Below are positions 40,393-52,176 of a stretch of DNA of 64,000 nucleotides, piece by piece. This stretch comes from Corallochytrium limacisporum Hawaii. Lineage: Eukaryota > Protista > Pluriformea. Within the stretch, counting starts at the first letter, position 1. Every line of letters begins with the position of its first letter. Below the pieces are notes generated by a model. That model worked only from the letters and a program-made list of their open reading frames with translations, was not told the origin of the DNA and ran no database searches. The stretch lies in NCBI GenBank assembly GCA_002811645.1, contig PDIP01000037.1:7345-71344 (forward strand), in the 5' to 3' direction. The position numbers were made by a program, and so were the translations under genes.

Positions 40393-42376
40393 AACATATA
40401 AAATGCGCATTTAAATTCAATTTGTTATGTTCACGGCATCGATTATTCAATGTATAACTTCGAATTTGAAATTTGCATGAGAGGCTTAATTTAATACTTG
40501 GAAGCTACCGATTTTGAAAAGAAGTCAAGTTACTATAAGATCGAGAGATAAGGGGTGATCTGCTTTGGAGTTAAGGACTTTCAAGCAAGTTGTAGGCAAA
40601 GCACACGCTGATCAAAACCTATTCGCTCTTGCACTGAAAACTTGGCTGTATTGTTAATTATGAAATTGCAATGGCAATGGCAATGGCATATGACTGCTGT
40701 GGAACATATGCGATTATGTATTGTGATTGCATCTGTTGAATTTCCATTAATCGTGAATCTGGTTGGCATAGTGGTAGATGTCACACTGTTCCATATTCAG
40801 GGTGAGAACAAAGAGAACCTTACAACGTTGTCCTTGATGCATTTGTGATTTTCATTTCCCCCTCAATATGGATATATTGGAGTATACGCTCAATATGCGC
40901 TTCTCCGCGGTCTGATTCAATCGGTAGTGCTTCGCAAACCGCCTTCAAGCGTTCCGGGTTCTGAAAGCTCCCAAACCTTTGCCTAATACACTTAGCATTC
41001 CTGATACCAGGGCAGCTGAGAGCACCACCTGGAGACCCTTCGGCCATTCCAGCTGGGTTGTTCTGTCGAGGAGGATTCAATAAATAGACAATGCACCACA
41101 CCACACACTCCACCCCAACCCCCGGGCCGGTTGCTGGTTTTCGCATGGACCTACCAACCTCAGCAGGGCTCCCAAATGCTTGTCACCGTTCCGAGTGCTT
41201 ACTCCTGCTACCTCCTATACTCAATCCCTTCCCAGCCCCACCACGCAACCGTTTCGCCTGCCCAGCTCTGCTTTTATTTGCTCTCGGACCGGTAACCAAC
41301 GAGAGCCAGGGAAAATTCTGATCACAACAAACCCCAAGACCAAGAGTCGTCAAACAATGGAAAACTTTACTGGTGAGCTCGCTGGTGCCCAAGCAATGCC
41401 CGTTGGATGCTGTAACTGGGGCACCCCGGCAAGAGAGATGTGGCATACACTCTACCGTGGCCTTCCACATCGCAGGTTACCCAATACTTTGTTACCAACC
41501 AAACTCACCAGCAATGAATGTACCGCGTGATAGGCCCACCGCCACTCCGAATACATACCTTAATTGAAAAAATCGGGAACGAATGAATCAAACAACTGAA
41601 ACCTAAGGTCTAAAGCACACACCCAAGACCAACCCCGAGAGCCTTTGCACAACCACCGACCAGAGAGAGAAGGCGAAAGAAGCCGAAAGCACTGGAATAC
41701 TTGGGCTGATGATGGTGCTGTGCTTACCCACCCCTCCCCCTCCTTTCCCAATACGTTGGCCACAGACGTCGGACAAATATACGAATTCATTACTGAAAAT
41801 AGAACTTCAGCAACAAAAAGTTGACTGCCGGGTACCGGAAGCTGCGGCGTGTGTGTGTGTGGGGCACGCACATTACTTTCCTATACGCGCAATACATACA
41901 TTTGATTGAAGGGAAGCAGGAGCCCCCGGGGGTTGGAGGGGGTGGGGCAAAGATCGGGGGCCCACCATACCAAAAAGGAGCCCCCGCTTCCCTCGCAAAT
42001 AATTCTGCGACCTCACTAACGGCACACCGGCCGAAGTAATTGGAGCCTTCTTGGAGGATAGTGGGAGGGTGCGCGCTGGCTGGGAGACGGGTGCGTCTCT
42101 GGGTTGGTTGACTGCGGGTGGGCCGGCCGTACCACATAGTTTCCTAGGTGGGCACGGAGTCTGGGTATTTTAGAACCAGCCTTCAAGGGTGTCTTGCAGT
42201 CACGTTCTTATCATTGACAATCAAAAAAGGGACAAAACAAACAACTCAGTGTCACAAGCCGGTTGGAGAGAACTGGGACAGAGATCCTGATAGCTCCGAC
42301 AGAAATGTGACGGTTGAAAATACAACCCAATTGGAAAAACACAGACGTAAGGCACAAGCAAGTACACTTGTTAGTC

Positions 42377-45300
42377 ATGTCAGAAAGCACGAGCGTTTCT
42401 TTTTTTGATCAAAATGAGAAGCTCCGGGCTTATATCCTGGACATCATCACAGGCGCGGGTGGTGAACAGAAGCTTAACCTCCACGACGCTGTGCGCGCGG
42501 GTGACACGACATTAATCAGTGCCCTTGTACGCTTAGCACAGAAGGATGCACATGAAGGAAAATATCCACTTGAAGAGCTCGTGGAGTCCCAGCGCCAGAG
42601 TTTGGCGTCATTGGGTGAGATGAACGGCGGCGCCGGCGAGGCCACGAAGGAGCCTCCAGCCCGGCCTCCTAAACTACCACCAAAACGGCACGCCACACAG
42701 GCACCGCGGAGCTTGGGATTTGGAGTCAGAGATCAAAGTTCTAATTCACATCGTTCAGTTGGTGTTGCTATCATTCCGCCGTCGAGCGAGACACTGGCCG
42801 CCGCCAACGAAGCGGTGCGGCCTGATCAGAGAGAACGCCCATCAATGAACCTGCTAAGTCTGTGGGCGAGTCAGCCGGACAGCAACGGGGACACACCACT
42901 GCACCTTGCAGTGGCACTGTTGGATCGATTGGAACCAAAAATTGTTGGTGCACCACCGGTCAAGGCGAAAAAGGTCAAAGATAAAGACGCAGAAGGCGAA
43001 CTGAAGGGTGCTGGCGCCACTGCTACTGTCAACAAGAAGGACATTGCCAGCGAAAAAATTAAGCAGAGGATCACTCCAACAGAAGTTGAAGGCATTGTAC
43101 AGACATTGGTACACTATGCCGGAGCAGATGTCATGGCTCGCAACAAACTGGGACGCACGCCCATCCACGAGGCCTGCCGCGTGGGTGCTGTGAACTTGGT
43201 GAAGATGTTGGCTCAGAATGCACCGGAGGGATTTACCGATGCCGCGTCGTTGACCGATTTTAGCGGCGCCAGTCCCCTGCGCCTGGCTACGCAAGAGGGT
43301 CACGGACGGTTGGTGCAGTGGCTGCTCAACGAGGAGATCGATTCTGTCACGGACCACGGACCTTTGCACTTAGGCGCAGCCGTGGGATTGCTGCAGGGTA
43401 AAGATGACGAGGTCACCACAGCCTTTGCCGCCCGGGCCATCACTGTTCTGCGGATGCGTCGGAAGTCATTGGGTGCTACGAATCCATTTAGTGAAGATGA
43501 AGCAGACAACACGGAGGTCTGGTGCGCCCGGCATACTGAATGGAACTTGGAGACTGCTCTACATACAGCCTGCCGATACGGCATGGAGGATGCGGCCATG
43601 ACCCTGGCTGAAGTGTGTCCAGTGTCCCTGTTAATGAAGGATCGCCACAAACGGTTCCCAATGCGAGTGTGTGGAAATGTGCAGTTGTTGATGCGCCTGA
43701 TTGACTTTGTGCGAACCTGCGAAGTGAATGGTATGCCAGAGGAGGCCTGTGGACCGCCCCTTCCGCCTGCCAATGCTGCTTTGGCAGTTGTAATTGGCAC
43801 TGTGGATGCCAAGGATGGCATGGACATGGTTGGTTGGTGTTTGTGGATGATGGCTGGATTCAAGGGACTGGCCATGGAACACAGTGAACGACTAAAGATT
43901 ATGAGGCGCAAGATTGTGGAGGAGCGGGCAGCAGCACGCAGACGAGACCTCGAGAAGGCCATGTCGCGTCTAAGTGGTGCGGATCTCTCCGCCTTCCGGT
44001 TTACCCCAAACGGTGAGGATGGGGACGAGACTGGAATGGATGACGATGAGGAAGATCGCTTCACGGACATGATGCAGTTCTTGAGCAAGGGATTGGGAGT
44101 GAGTGTTCAGAGTGCACAGCACCAGGAAGCAATGGCAGGCATCATGTCGGAATCAGTAGCCAGCAAGGGCGGCAAGATGCTGCAGATTGGACAAATGTCA
44201 GAATCAGAGGAGGAATGGTTACAGGCATTGAAGCTCATGCTCGAGTATTGGATATGTCCCGATCCCCGGGAACAGGAAGTCCGTGACAATCCTGACGATG
44301 CCCTTTACCAGCATCCGCTGCTGCTCTGTGCCCGTTTGATTGCCAACCACGCTGCCATGCTAAGCCCGAAGGCCATGAAGCCCAGCAAACCTTTGGAATG
44401 CCTCATGGAGGCCTACGCTCTAATTATTGCCAATATTCGTAACAGCAGTGGACCGGCCGGGGTGGCTCATGTATTGAAGCATTTGACAGAACATGACTCA
44501 GGACTCACCATGGTGCACTACGTCGCCCTGGCAGGCCCGTTCCCGGGACCTACCATGATGAACGATTTGCTGCAGCACGGTGTGGAATCGGATGCTATGG
44601 ATTTTGACGGTGCTAGTCCCGTGCACGCTGCCTGCCTGGCCAACAATACTGCCATAATGGAGCAGTTGCTGAGCACGCTGCCGCAAGATCGCCTGGAAAC
44701 CATTGTGAATTCTAAGCTGAGCCCTCGTTCCCCGACCCTCTGGCTACTTCGCCGACAGCATTGCTTCCCTTGGGAAGAGGAAACCGAAGAAGAACTCAAG
44801 CATCGCGTAGCGGAGACGCCGACCGGCCGCGCGAATGCGATGAGTCAGAAGCTCACGCTCGGCAGCGGCTGGACGCCGATGCACTGTTTGGCCATGAACC
44901 GTTCCGGAGACCCGAATGTGGCCAAGCGGCTGCAGGCCTTGGGGGCTGATCCCTGGGCCAAAGATTCCCTGGCCCAAACACCGTTGGTGGTGGCTGCCTT
45001 TGCTCTGAACACGCCACTGGTTCATGTCATCCAGGGTATGCCGGATCAGTACGGAGAGGGCGACTCGCAGCTCGAGAGTCTCACTGCAAAGGACGCTCGT
45101 GGTGTGAGTATTCTTGAGCGCCTGTTCCGTAATTTCGCCATTCGATCCCTGGCGGCTATGAACAATGCCAGGGCCGCTAACGACAGTCTGCGTGCTTTGA
45201 AGGAGACGCAACGGGATAAGACTGAGGAATTGGAACGACGGCGGGACGTGCGCCAGTCGGCCCTGGGCGAAGAGATGACTAGCAGTCAAGCAGTGTTTGC

Positions 45301-45622
45301 GGCAAATGTGAAGAGTGTTGACAAGAGTTTACGAACAGCCTCAGCTCTGGCATCACTACTCGAAATCCTGTTCTCTTACATCCTGCCGCGTCTGGAGATG
45401 AGTACAGATGAACTGCTGACCCTCACGCGCTTTGCTAGTGGTGCCACCACCCGCCTGTCGACTGCGAACCGCAGCCTGATCATTGTGTACAGCGATCTGC
45501 AAGCCATGCGCAGGGTTGACAAGCAACGGGCTGCTCTGAAAACCGATGTGCGCATCAGCGGTGAGCTCTGTGAATGGATGGCCAAGTGGCTTAGTGTTCT
45601 CGCCAAGAAGATCGCAAAATGA
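42377..45622 (+). CDS. Ankyrin-repeat protein
   Basis: Repeated ankyrin motifs GDTPLHLA, GRTPIHEA, GASPLRLA, ETALHTA, GASPVHAA, GWTPMH, QTPLVVA. Confidence 0.88.
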   Translation: MSESTSVSFFDQNEKLRAYILDIITGAGGEQKLNLHDAVRAGDTTLISALVRLAQKDAHEGKYPLEELVESQRQSLASLGEMNGGAGEATKEPPARPPKLPPKRHATQAPRSLGFGVRDQSSNSHRSVGVAIIPPSSETLAAANEAVRPDQRERPSMNLLSLWASQPDSNGDTPLHLAVALLDRLEPKIVGAPPVKAKKVKDKDAEGELKGAGATATVNKKDIASEKIKQRITPTEVEGIVQTLVHYAGADVMARNKLGRTPIHEACRVGAVNLVKMLAQNAPEGFTDAASLTDFSGASPLRLATQEGHGRLVQWLLNEEIDSVTDHGPLHLGAAVGLLQGKDDEVTTAFAARAITVLRMRRKSLGATNPFSEDEADNTEVWCARHTEWNLETALHTACRYGMEDAAMTLAEVCPVSLLMKDRHKRFPMRVCGNVQLLMRLIDFVRTCEVNGMPEEACGPPLPPANAALAVVIGTVDAKDGMDMVGWCLWMMAGFKGLAMEHSERLKIMRRKIVEERAAARRRDLEKAMSRLSGADLSAFRFTPNGEDGDETGMDDDEEDRFTDMMQFLSKGLGVSVQSAQHQEAMAGIMSESVASKGGKMLQIGQMSESEEEWLQALKLMLEYWICPDPREQEVRDNPDDALYQHPLLLCARLIANHAAMLSPKAMKPSKPLECLMEAYALIIANIRNSSGPAGVAHVLKHLTEHDSGLTMVHYVALAGPFPGPTMMNDLLQHGVESDAMDFDGASPVHAACLANNTAIMEQLLSTLPQDRLETIVNSKLSPRSPTLWLLRRQHCFPWEEETEEELKHRVAETPTGRANAMSQKLTLGSGWTPMHCLAMNRSGDPNVAKRLQALGADPWAKDSLAQTPLVVAAFALNTPLVHVIQGMPDQYGEGDSQLESLTAKDARGVSILERLFRNFAIRSLAAMNNARAANDSLRALKETQRDKTEELERRRDVRQSALGEEMTSSQAVFAANVKSVDKSLRTASALASLLEILFSYILPRLEMSTDELLTLTRFASGATTRLSTANRSLIIVYSDLQAMRRVDKQRAALKTDVRISGELCEWMAKWLSVLAKKIAK

Positions 45623-45757
45623 AGAAATTTGAAAATCGTGATGCAAGATATTTGATCAACCAAGTCACGTTCACAGTACAAGTGCTTTCCCCAAGAAATT
45701 AACATCTCGTTCATTTCATAAAGGACTAGAGAAGTAAAGAAAGTGTATTGGGGTCGT

Positions 45758-47047
45758 TCATAGGGTTGGTGGCTTCCTGGGTGCGTAGTTGTACCCAGTA
45801 CTGGCTTCCACATGAGGATAGTCAGCATCTGGAGTGTCATCGTCGACCGCTGCACGCTCCAAGTACGCGTCACCGTCGTCTGTGAGGCCATCCAGGGCAT
45901 CATAGCTTGACACGCGGTTGTGTTGACCAAGGTGTCCTTCTTCGCTGCTCGACTCACCATCGTACGAGTCCTTCGCTTCGGCCGGTGTGACTTCACGGGA
46001 CCTGCGGCGGTGGACCAGGAATCCGCCAAGAGCGAGCAGTGCCACCAGTGGCAGGGCAACAGACAGTCCGAGGATCACGGATGAGGGTAGTCCACCGCTG
46101 CCATTTTCCTGCGCTCCAGGACTTCCATCATCCCAATCGCTCTCGTCCATGAGCTGAGGTTCACTGCTTAGCGAGTAGCGCACGACATCCATATTCTGCA
46201 CATCCAGATTGCCGACGATTTCACCTGATGCCCAGAGGGTATTGAAAAGCTCAAGAGCAGCCTCACCACTGTCCTTGGTCTCCACACCGATCCGCAAGGT
46301 CATGTCATCGTCCGCAATTTCTGCGCTAACTCCGCTCTCAGTGCGCAATGCACGGTAGACCTGAATATTGGAAACTGGAACGGTCATGGCTGCCGACAGA
46401 GCTATGCGGAAGGCGTCGACTCGGTCCTGGCGACGATAGGGTAGTCGCCAGCTCACCACAGCTGTTGCAACCACTGCATAAGCACCGATGCGCTCGAAGG
46501 GGGCCTCGAGATCCAGCGCGGAGCCGGCGTTGGCCTTAATCGGGTCGAACTTGACGATGGGCTCGACATCGTAACCCCAGCGGTCGATGGAACTTAGAAC
46601 TTCACCGGTGGCGGCGTCATAGACAGGTTCATCGACGCCGCCATTGGCGAGGACGTTACCGCTGCCAGTGGTGTCGTCGTTACCAGGGTAGAAAGTGTCA
46701 CCACCGTTGTTGGCATTGTCGTAGCCTGGCCAGGTGTGGAGGGGCCCACTCATGACAAGGTCACCACTCTCCTGGAACCAATTCTTCCGGGGAAACTGCA
46801 AGTCAGGATTACCATCATTGTTAGGAGTTTTATCATTAGGGAGGGTGTTTAGTTTTGAGGAATCCTCGATATCCTCAAACAGGGCATGTTGCGTCTGGTC
46901 ATCGCCACCGCTGGCAACACATACAGCCTCCTCCATGTTGCACACCATACCGTTTGGACATTCATCGGAAGTCATGCACTTCGGCCCCAGTCCGTGTACG
47001 AGGGTTGCCATGGCCAGCATGGCAGCACCCAGAAGCCCCATAGTCAT
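45758..47047 (-). CDS. Type I membrane protein (signal peptide, small Cys-rich module, TM helix, Tyr-containing tail)
   Basis: N-terminal hydrophobic signal; C-x5-C-x5-C-x6-C; TM 'VILGLSVALPLVALLALGGFLV' followed by HRRR. Confidence 0.8.
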   Translation of the reverse strand: MTMGLLGAAMLAMATLVHGLGPKCMTSDECPNGMVCNMEEAVCVASGGDDQTQHALFEDIEDSSKLNTLPNDKTPNNDGNPDLQFPRKNWFQESGDLVMSGPLHTWPGYDNANNGGDTFYPGNDDTTGSGNVLANGGVDEPVYDAATGEVLSSIDRWGYDVEPIVKFDPIKANAGSALDLEAPFERIGAYAVVATAVVSWRLPYRRQDRVDAFRIALSAAMTVPVSNIQVYRALRTESGVSAEIADDDMTLRIGVETKDSGEAALELFNTLWASGEIVGNLDVQNMDVVRYSLSSEPQLMDESDWDDGSPGAQENGSGGLPSSVILGLSVALPLVALLALGGFLVHRRRSREVTPAEAKDSYDGESSSEEGHLGQHNRVSSYDALDGLTDDGDAYLERAAVDDDTPDADYPHVEASTGYNYAPRKPPTL

Positions 47048-48613
47048 AGTTCAAAACCAGGAGTTCTTATGTTGGAAATGATCTGAGTTTAATTTTACTT
47101 TTCTGGGCCTTTTCACAGCCTCTTTTTGCCCTTGGTGTTTCCTGGGATCACGGTCTAGTCTATAACCACACGTGTATCCCTTGTCAGACCTCTCAAGGAA
47201 CTTGTACCTTCAAGCGTTCCCCTGGGCATTGACATGCCTTCCCCCATCAGGGAAACAGACCGGTGACCTCCCTACAATGAAGATTCTACAGCTAGCTAAG
47301 CTAGCTACCCTACACAAAACTGGCTCTGGCCCTAGGAATATGTATGTATGCTGCCCGGTGCGTTGGCACCATTGCTAGAAACATGTATCGTCAACCCCGC
47401 CTTCCACCCTCCGCCCGCCCCTGGTCCGCTTGCTACCGAATCCCATGGTTTCGCCCGATTGGCTGGAGGAAACTCTGTCCGACTGCGTCCCCCTCCCTCC
47501 CGTTTTTCTTTGCCTCCAAGGGGGGGGGGTGGGGGGCGCGGGTCTGTATAGTCCAACTACGGCGTTGGCGGTAGTTTTTTTTTTGCCAGCAGAAGAAAGG
47601 GGCGCTGTTCGCTCGGACCAGATCTGCTCACCCTTCCGCCTTGGCAACGGGTGGACAGCGCACGAAAGCCAGTGGTCGGACACCCTACGGACTCGCGCGC
47701 TTTGGGCGTGGCTTACTCTACTAGTACTAATTTTTCTTCTGTTTTGGTTTCCTCCAATTTCTTTTTTTTTTTTTGTGATTCCATTTAGTTTCCTTGTAAC
47801 TTTTCCGCGTTCCATTTTCTTTTCTTGGCTTCGCTCTGGTCTGCCCTTTCCAGGTGGTCTCTAGCAATTTCCTCGTCTCCCTCGAAGGTAGTGTTGAATC
47901 GCTGAGTGGTTCCAAGCCCTTTCCGGTCCCTTGCGCACCGCACCCGCTCCTAAGCGCTTCCTCCGCTCCTCCTCACACCTCCCCCACCTTCGGCTTTTCT
48001 CTTGAGCGTCAAACAGCCCCCATTGGCCCCAGGCACCAAGGTCCTTCTCCTCCCGGGGGAGGGGGATTAAATCAACACCGCATAGATACCCCGTGCTGTC
48101 CTTGTTTCACTATGGTACCCCGGTCCTTAATGTCACCATTGATTTGATTAAATCGGATTCAACCATTGTATGTGGAAATCCATTGATTTGCTTCAGGGCC
48201 GGTGATTACTTCCGTGTCACCTCTGCTGCCGTACCAGCAGCGGAGCCCGGAGCCCCTTGGGCGGCAGTGCATGTGTTCCCACCTTTACGAAGAATATTTG
48301 GTACTTACTGTCCATCCCCACGCAAAGGGGGGGGTTTGGCGGGCTGACAAGAAACAAGGGGGAAGGGGGAGGGGGGGGGCGTTAGGATGGAATGGAATGG
48401 GGTCCAAGGGTTGGAGCGAAAAGGACGGGCGCCACCATGTTTTCATTGAATGTCCGTGTCATCGTTCGCACCCGAACGTCCACAGCCAGAGGTACTTCAA
48501 TACAGATCATAGAAATGACATTTTCGACACCTTTACCCTGAACTCTTGTGGGACCTTCCAGTACTTAGTCGATATGTGTGTCTGTGAATTGCACGGAAAT
48601 GGAAATGGTGAAC

Positions 48614-48961
48614 ATGGGAAGAAAGGCCCCTAACGGGCTTCTCACCGATATGATAGCCGCTGTACAGCGAGAAGACTGGTTAGTTGCACACAATCTGTGC
48701 GAAGAAATTATTAGGATCGAGCCCGACAATGCGCAGGCGCAGGAAATGCTTTCGGTAATCGTCGGGAATATTCAGTATGACATGCATCACGCAGGAGGGG
48801 TTCAAGAACACGAAGGTGAGGACGGTGCAGACGACGAAGACGATGAGGAAGAAGAGTTCAAGATTGACGAAGATGACGAAGATGAAGAAGAGGAAGAAGA
48901 AGAGGACGACCTTGACAGCTACGAAGACGAGGCCCTCATGCGAGACAGTCTGGAAGGATGA
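48614..48961 (+). CDS. Small acidic protein, ERICH2-like
   Basis: 'KAPNGLL..MIAAVQREDWLVAHNLCEEIIRIEPDNAQAQEML' resembles the ERICH2 TPR-like core, followed by a D/E tail. In-frame upstream ATGs at 48599 and 48605. Confidence 0.65.
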   Translation: MGRKAPNGLLTDMIAAVQREDWLVAHNLCEEIIRIEPDNAQAQEMLSVIVGNIQYDMHHAGGVQEHEGEDGADDEDDEEEEFKIDEDDEDEEEEEEEDDLDSYEDEALMRDSLEG

Positions 48962-49113
48962 ATCGATCACTGAGGGCCGCCAACACCCTCATTGCTAAAG
49001 AACAAGTCTGGTGCACAGACTCTAGACTAAAATGATACATACTATATTACATCAATTTCACTTCAACAAGAAGAGGTAGACCTTACGACTGTGGATTTAA
49101 TCCAACCTTCTGT

Positions 49114-49359
49114 TCAATCACCTTTGATCTTCTTGCGGGTGTTCAAGAAGTCCCCCACCTTGATACCTTCCTCAAATGCCATTCCGTTCTCAGATGTCTT
49201 TACCTTCTCAGATGTCATCCCCTCCGATGTTTCAGAATTTGCTTTCATCTTGGCACCTTCATGGTCATTCATGCTGTCCGTGCTCGGCTTCGTCAAAAAA
49301 TTGTCGTCTAGTCCAACATCCAGAGCCATCATGGCGCAACCCAGAAACCCTATGGTCAT
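49114..49359 (-). CDS. Hypothetical 81-aa protein
   Basis: acaATG context, lies downstream of a promoter-like island (49740-50130), convergent with the ERICH2-like gene; no recognised family. Confidence 0.3.
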   Translation of the reverse strand: MTIGFLGCAMMALDVGLDDNFLTKPSTDSMNDHEGAKMKANSETSEGMTSEKVKTSENGMAFEEGIKVGDFLNTRKKIKGD

Positions 49360-50222
49360 TGTTCACTTTGCGAGTCAATGTGTTCTGTTGAATACTATCA
49401 GAGCCTTTATAGCCTCTCTATGATTACAGCTTTCTTTTGGTTTCGATTTGCTCGGTGATTATGGTCTAGTCGACCGCTCATTTGAACTTACGGTTTGGTT
49501 CTCTTCAGGAGCCTCTTCTACCTTGCACAGCCCTCAGGTCATTCCCTTATGTTTCTTGACAGGAACGCATACAGGAATGTACCAAAGCCAACGATGACCT
49601 ACATGACTCCATCACTGTCAGTGCTTTTGTGCGCAGGCAGTCCGATCATTACATTCTCAAGAGTTCCGTACGTCAGCACATTGCCAATCTGGGCCTTTCC
49701 CCTCCTCCAACGCGGTTGCTAGCCGCTTATTTTGACATGGGGTTAGGGTCAGCGGATTCTGGCTGAGAAGTAAAAAAGAGGTCGGGGAACGGATCCGCTG
49801 GGTGGGGCAAGGAATCTTCTCCTTCTTTTTCGCCGGGGGTCCCCACGCCAGTTCGTGGGGTACCGGGGGCCGCAATTCCTCCATAGTGGCTGAGCATACG
49901 GAGGAGGGGAGGGGTGAGATTGGGAGTTAAAATGAACAGGCACGAGCCGGGTTTTTCTCGAGTCTGTTGAGTGGCTTTAATATTGTTGTGTGTTTGAAAA
50001 TACCTCGGAGTCTACTGTGCGGCTTGATAACTCCCTTTTCAGACATTTTGCGTCGTATCAGCGGGGTGTTTCATACAGGACTTGCTTTAAATGGCCCTGC
50101 GCAGTGCCCAGCCCGCAGGGAGGCAGGGCTAGAAAAATCTCAGCTTGCGTTGCAACTTCTACGCCTTACTACCTCTCAATCCAAGCCACGTCGTGGCCCG
50201 GAAGAGCCGTAGGGGCACCAAA

Positions 50223-51404
50223 TCATTGCTTTCTCTTCAACTCTTTGTCATACTTACTAACCCAAGCGACGATGCTGTCGCTCACCAATTTGGGTTGTTC
50301 GATGTGCAGCCAGTGACCAGCCTCCTCTACCCGTATAAACTTGATATCTGCTTTGAAGCGGGAGTCAAACTTTACTCCCTTCATGTCACCGAAGACCACA
50401 TCGAAGAGGTGCGTATCGATGCACCCGTCATCTGCCCCACTAAGGTAGAGCGTAGGAACTGTGATTATGGAGTCCAGAATCTGCTTCTGCAGTTTCAACG
50501 AGTCAGACCCGATGAGGTTGGGCGTAAGCTGCGCACCAATGTTCCAGCGATAGTAGCCCAATGCCCGGCTTAGAGTCCCGTCCAGGCTGAGGGTGGCGAT
50601 CGCTGACTCCATCTGTCGGTTCTGTTCCGGTGACGACTCGCTGTCCTCGTGTTCAGATCCGTACCCAGGGCTCCATGTCTTCCACAGATGGCGGATGAAG
50701 AGCATGTCGTGGTACTCGCTGACCAACTCAGGTAGCATTGGCAACTGGAAGAATGCCATGTACCAGGAATTGCGATACTGTTTAGGAAGTTCCTGCATGG
50801 CCTGCAGGGCGAAGGGAGGCACAGCGAGAGCGGTTGCACTGATGATATTGTCCGGGTACAGACTGTTGGCCGCGGTCACGAGCACTGCACCCCAGTCATG
50901 GCCGACCATGTGGAATTTGTCCTTGCCAAGGCCTTTGGCCATCTCCAGGTAGTCCATGGCTATGTCGACGACGTAGTAGGATAAACCAGGATGATGGCTG
51001 GAGGTCTCGTAACCTCGAAGCATGGGGGCCACGACATAGAAACCCTTGGCTGCGAGCTCCCTCATTATGTAACCGAAACTGCGATTGTTGTCCGGGAATC
51101 CGTGGATGCATATGACCAGGGGATTGGACTCATCCCCGACGGCCCAGCCGCTGAAGGTCAGGTTTTCCTTTTCATTCTTCAGTAGGATGCTCTTGAATTC
51201 AGGATCACCGGGAATTGGAGCGAGGGCGACAAGTTCACGAAGTTCTGCAACTTTCTGTTCGTTGTAGAACAAAGTGATTGGACTGAAGCGGGGGTAGCCG
51301 CCAGCATCGGCCCATTCGGTAGTAAAACCCCGAAGAAAAATGATCGCGGAGACGATCGTAAAGATCCACTGCAGCAGGTTAAGACCGGAGTGGTTGAGAT
51401 TCAT
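50223..51404 (-). CDS. Membrane-anchored alpha/beta hydrolase, epoxide hydrolase-like
   Basis: HGFP oxyanion motif, 'RGY..S', GHDWG nucleophile, 'SWYMAFFQLP', 'GHWLH.EQP'; N-terminal TM. Confidence 0.9.
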   Translation of the reverse strand: MNLNHSGLNLLQWIFTIVSAIIFLRGFTTEWADAGGYPRFSPITLFYNEQKVAELRELVALAPIPGDPEFKSILLKNEKENLTFSGWAVGDESNPLVICIHGFPDNNRSFGYIMRELAAKGFYVVAPMLRGYETSSHHPGLSYYVVDIAMDYLEMAKGLGKDKFHMVGHDWGAVLVTAANSLYPDNIISATALAVPPFALQAMQELPKQYRNSWYMAFFQLPMLPELVSEYHDMLFIRHLWKTWSPGYGSEHEDSESSPEQNRQMESAIATLSLDGTLSRALGYYRWNIGAQLTPNLIGSDSLKLQKQILDSIITVPTLYLSGADDGCIDTHLFDVVFGDMKGVKFDSRFKADIKFIRVEEAGHWLHIEQPKLVSDSIVAWVSKYDKELKRKQ

Positions 51405-52176
51405 GGTTTGCTCACTACATCTGAAGTGCTTGCCGCCACGTTGGAAAGTGGTACAGATGTGATAAATGAGACTTGAACGTATGTTCCATGATGTCGCTCC
51501 AAATAGTATTAAAAGCACAGTCCGAAAATACTGGCTGGTAAATCCACTGCGGCCTGCTGACGTACGCGCTGCGGATTGTTCGTATGGTTCCCAACATAAA
51601 GCAATGATGATCTGTTGACAGATCCGTTGGTACCATCAAAAGCAACTCACTGTACCACTGTATCATGTAGTCGAGAGTAATCGGTGTGCTGTCGAACCTG
51701 TCTGGACGGGAGGGGGCCGCGGCAAATCGCTGGAGAGGATAATCAATGGGGAAGCCAGGCAGACATGTGAGTGTCCCCCCGTGTGCACACAACCCAACAC
51801 AGGTACACAGAGTCCTTTAGAATCTCCCTATTCCCCGGGGCCGGGCAATTGCGCATAGGTGGTGGGGTGGGGCCTATTTTTACGTCGAACAAGTCGAGGA
51901 TAAGAGAAAAATGGAGCGCGGCGGACCGGACGGGTGCTAATAAAATGTGAGCGCCAACCGTTCCGAAAACCTATCTGACGCCGACAAGACTGTTCTGTAC
52001 TGCCTGCAGTCCCACGTAATCGTGCAAAGATTATATGTCATTGAATACTTGCCAACAAAATGGTCTCTAAGGCCATACAGGTTCTCTCTCCCATTGGCTA
52101 AGAGTATTATTCATTTAGAGCCAGTGAGATGTGACAAGAAGAATAAAACTTTCACTTTGTAAAAACAACTCCGATC

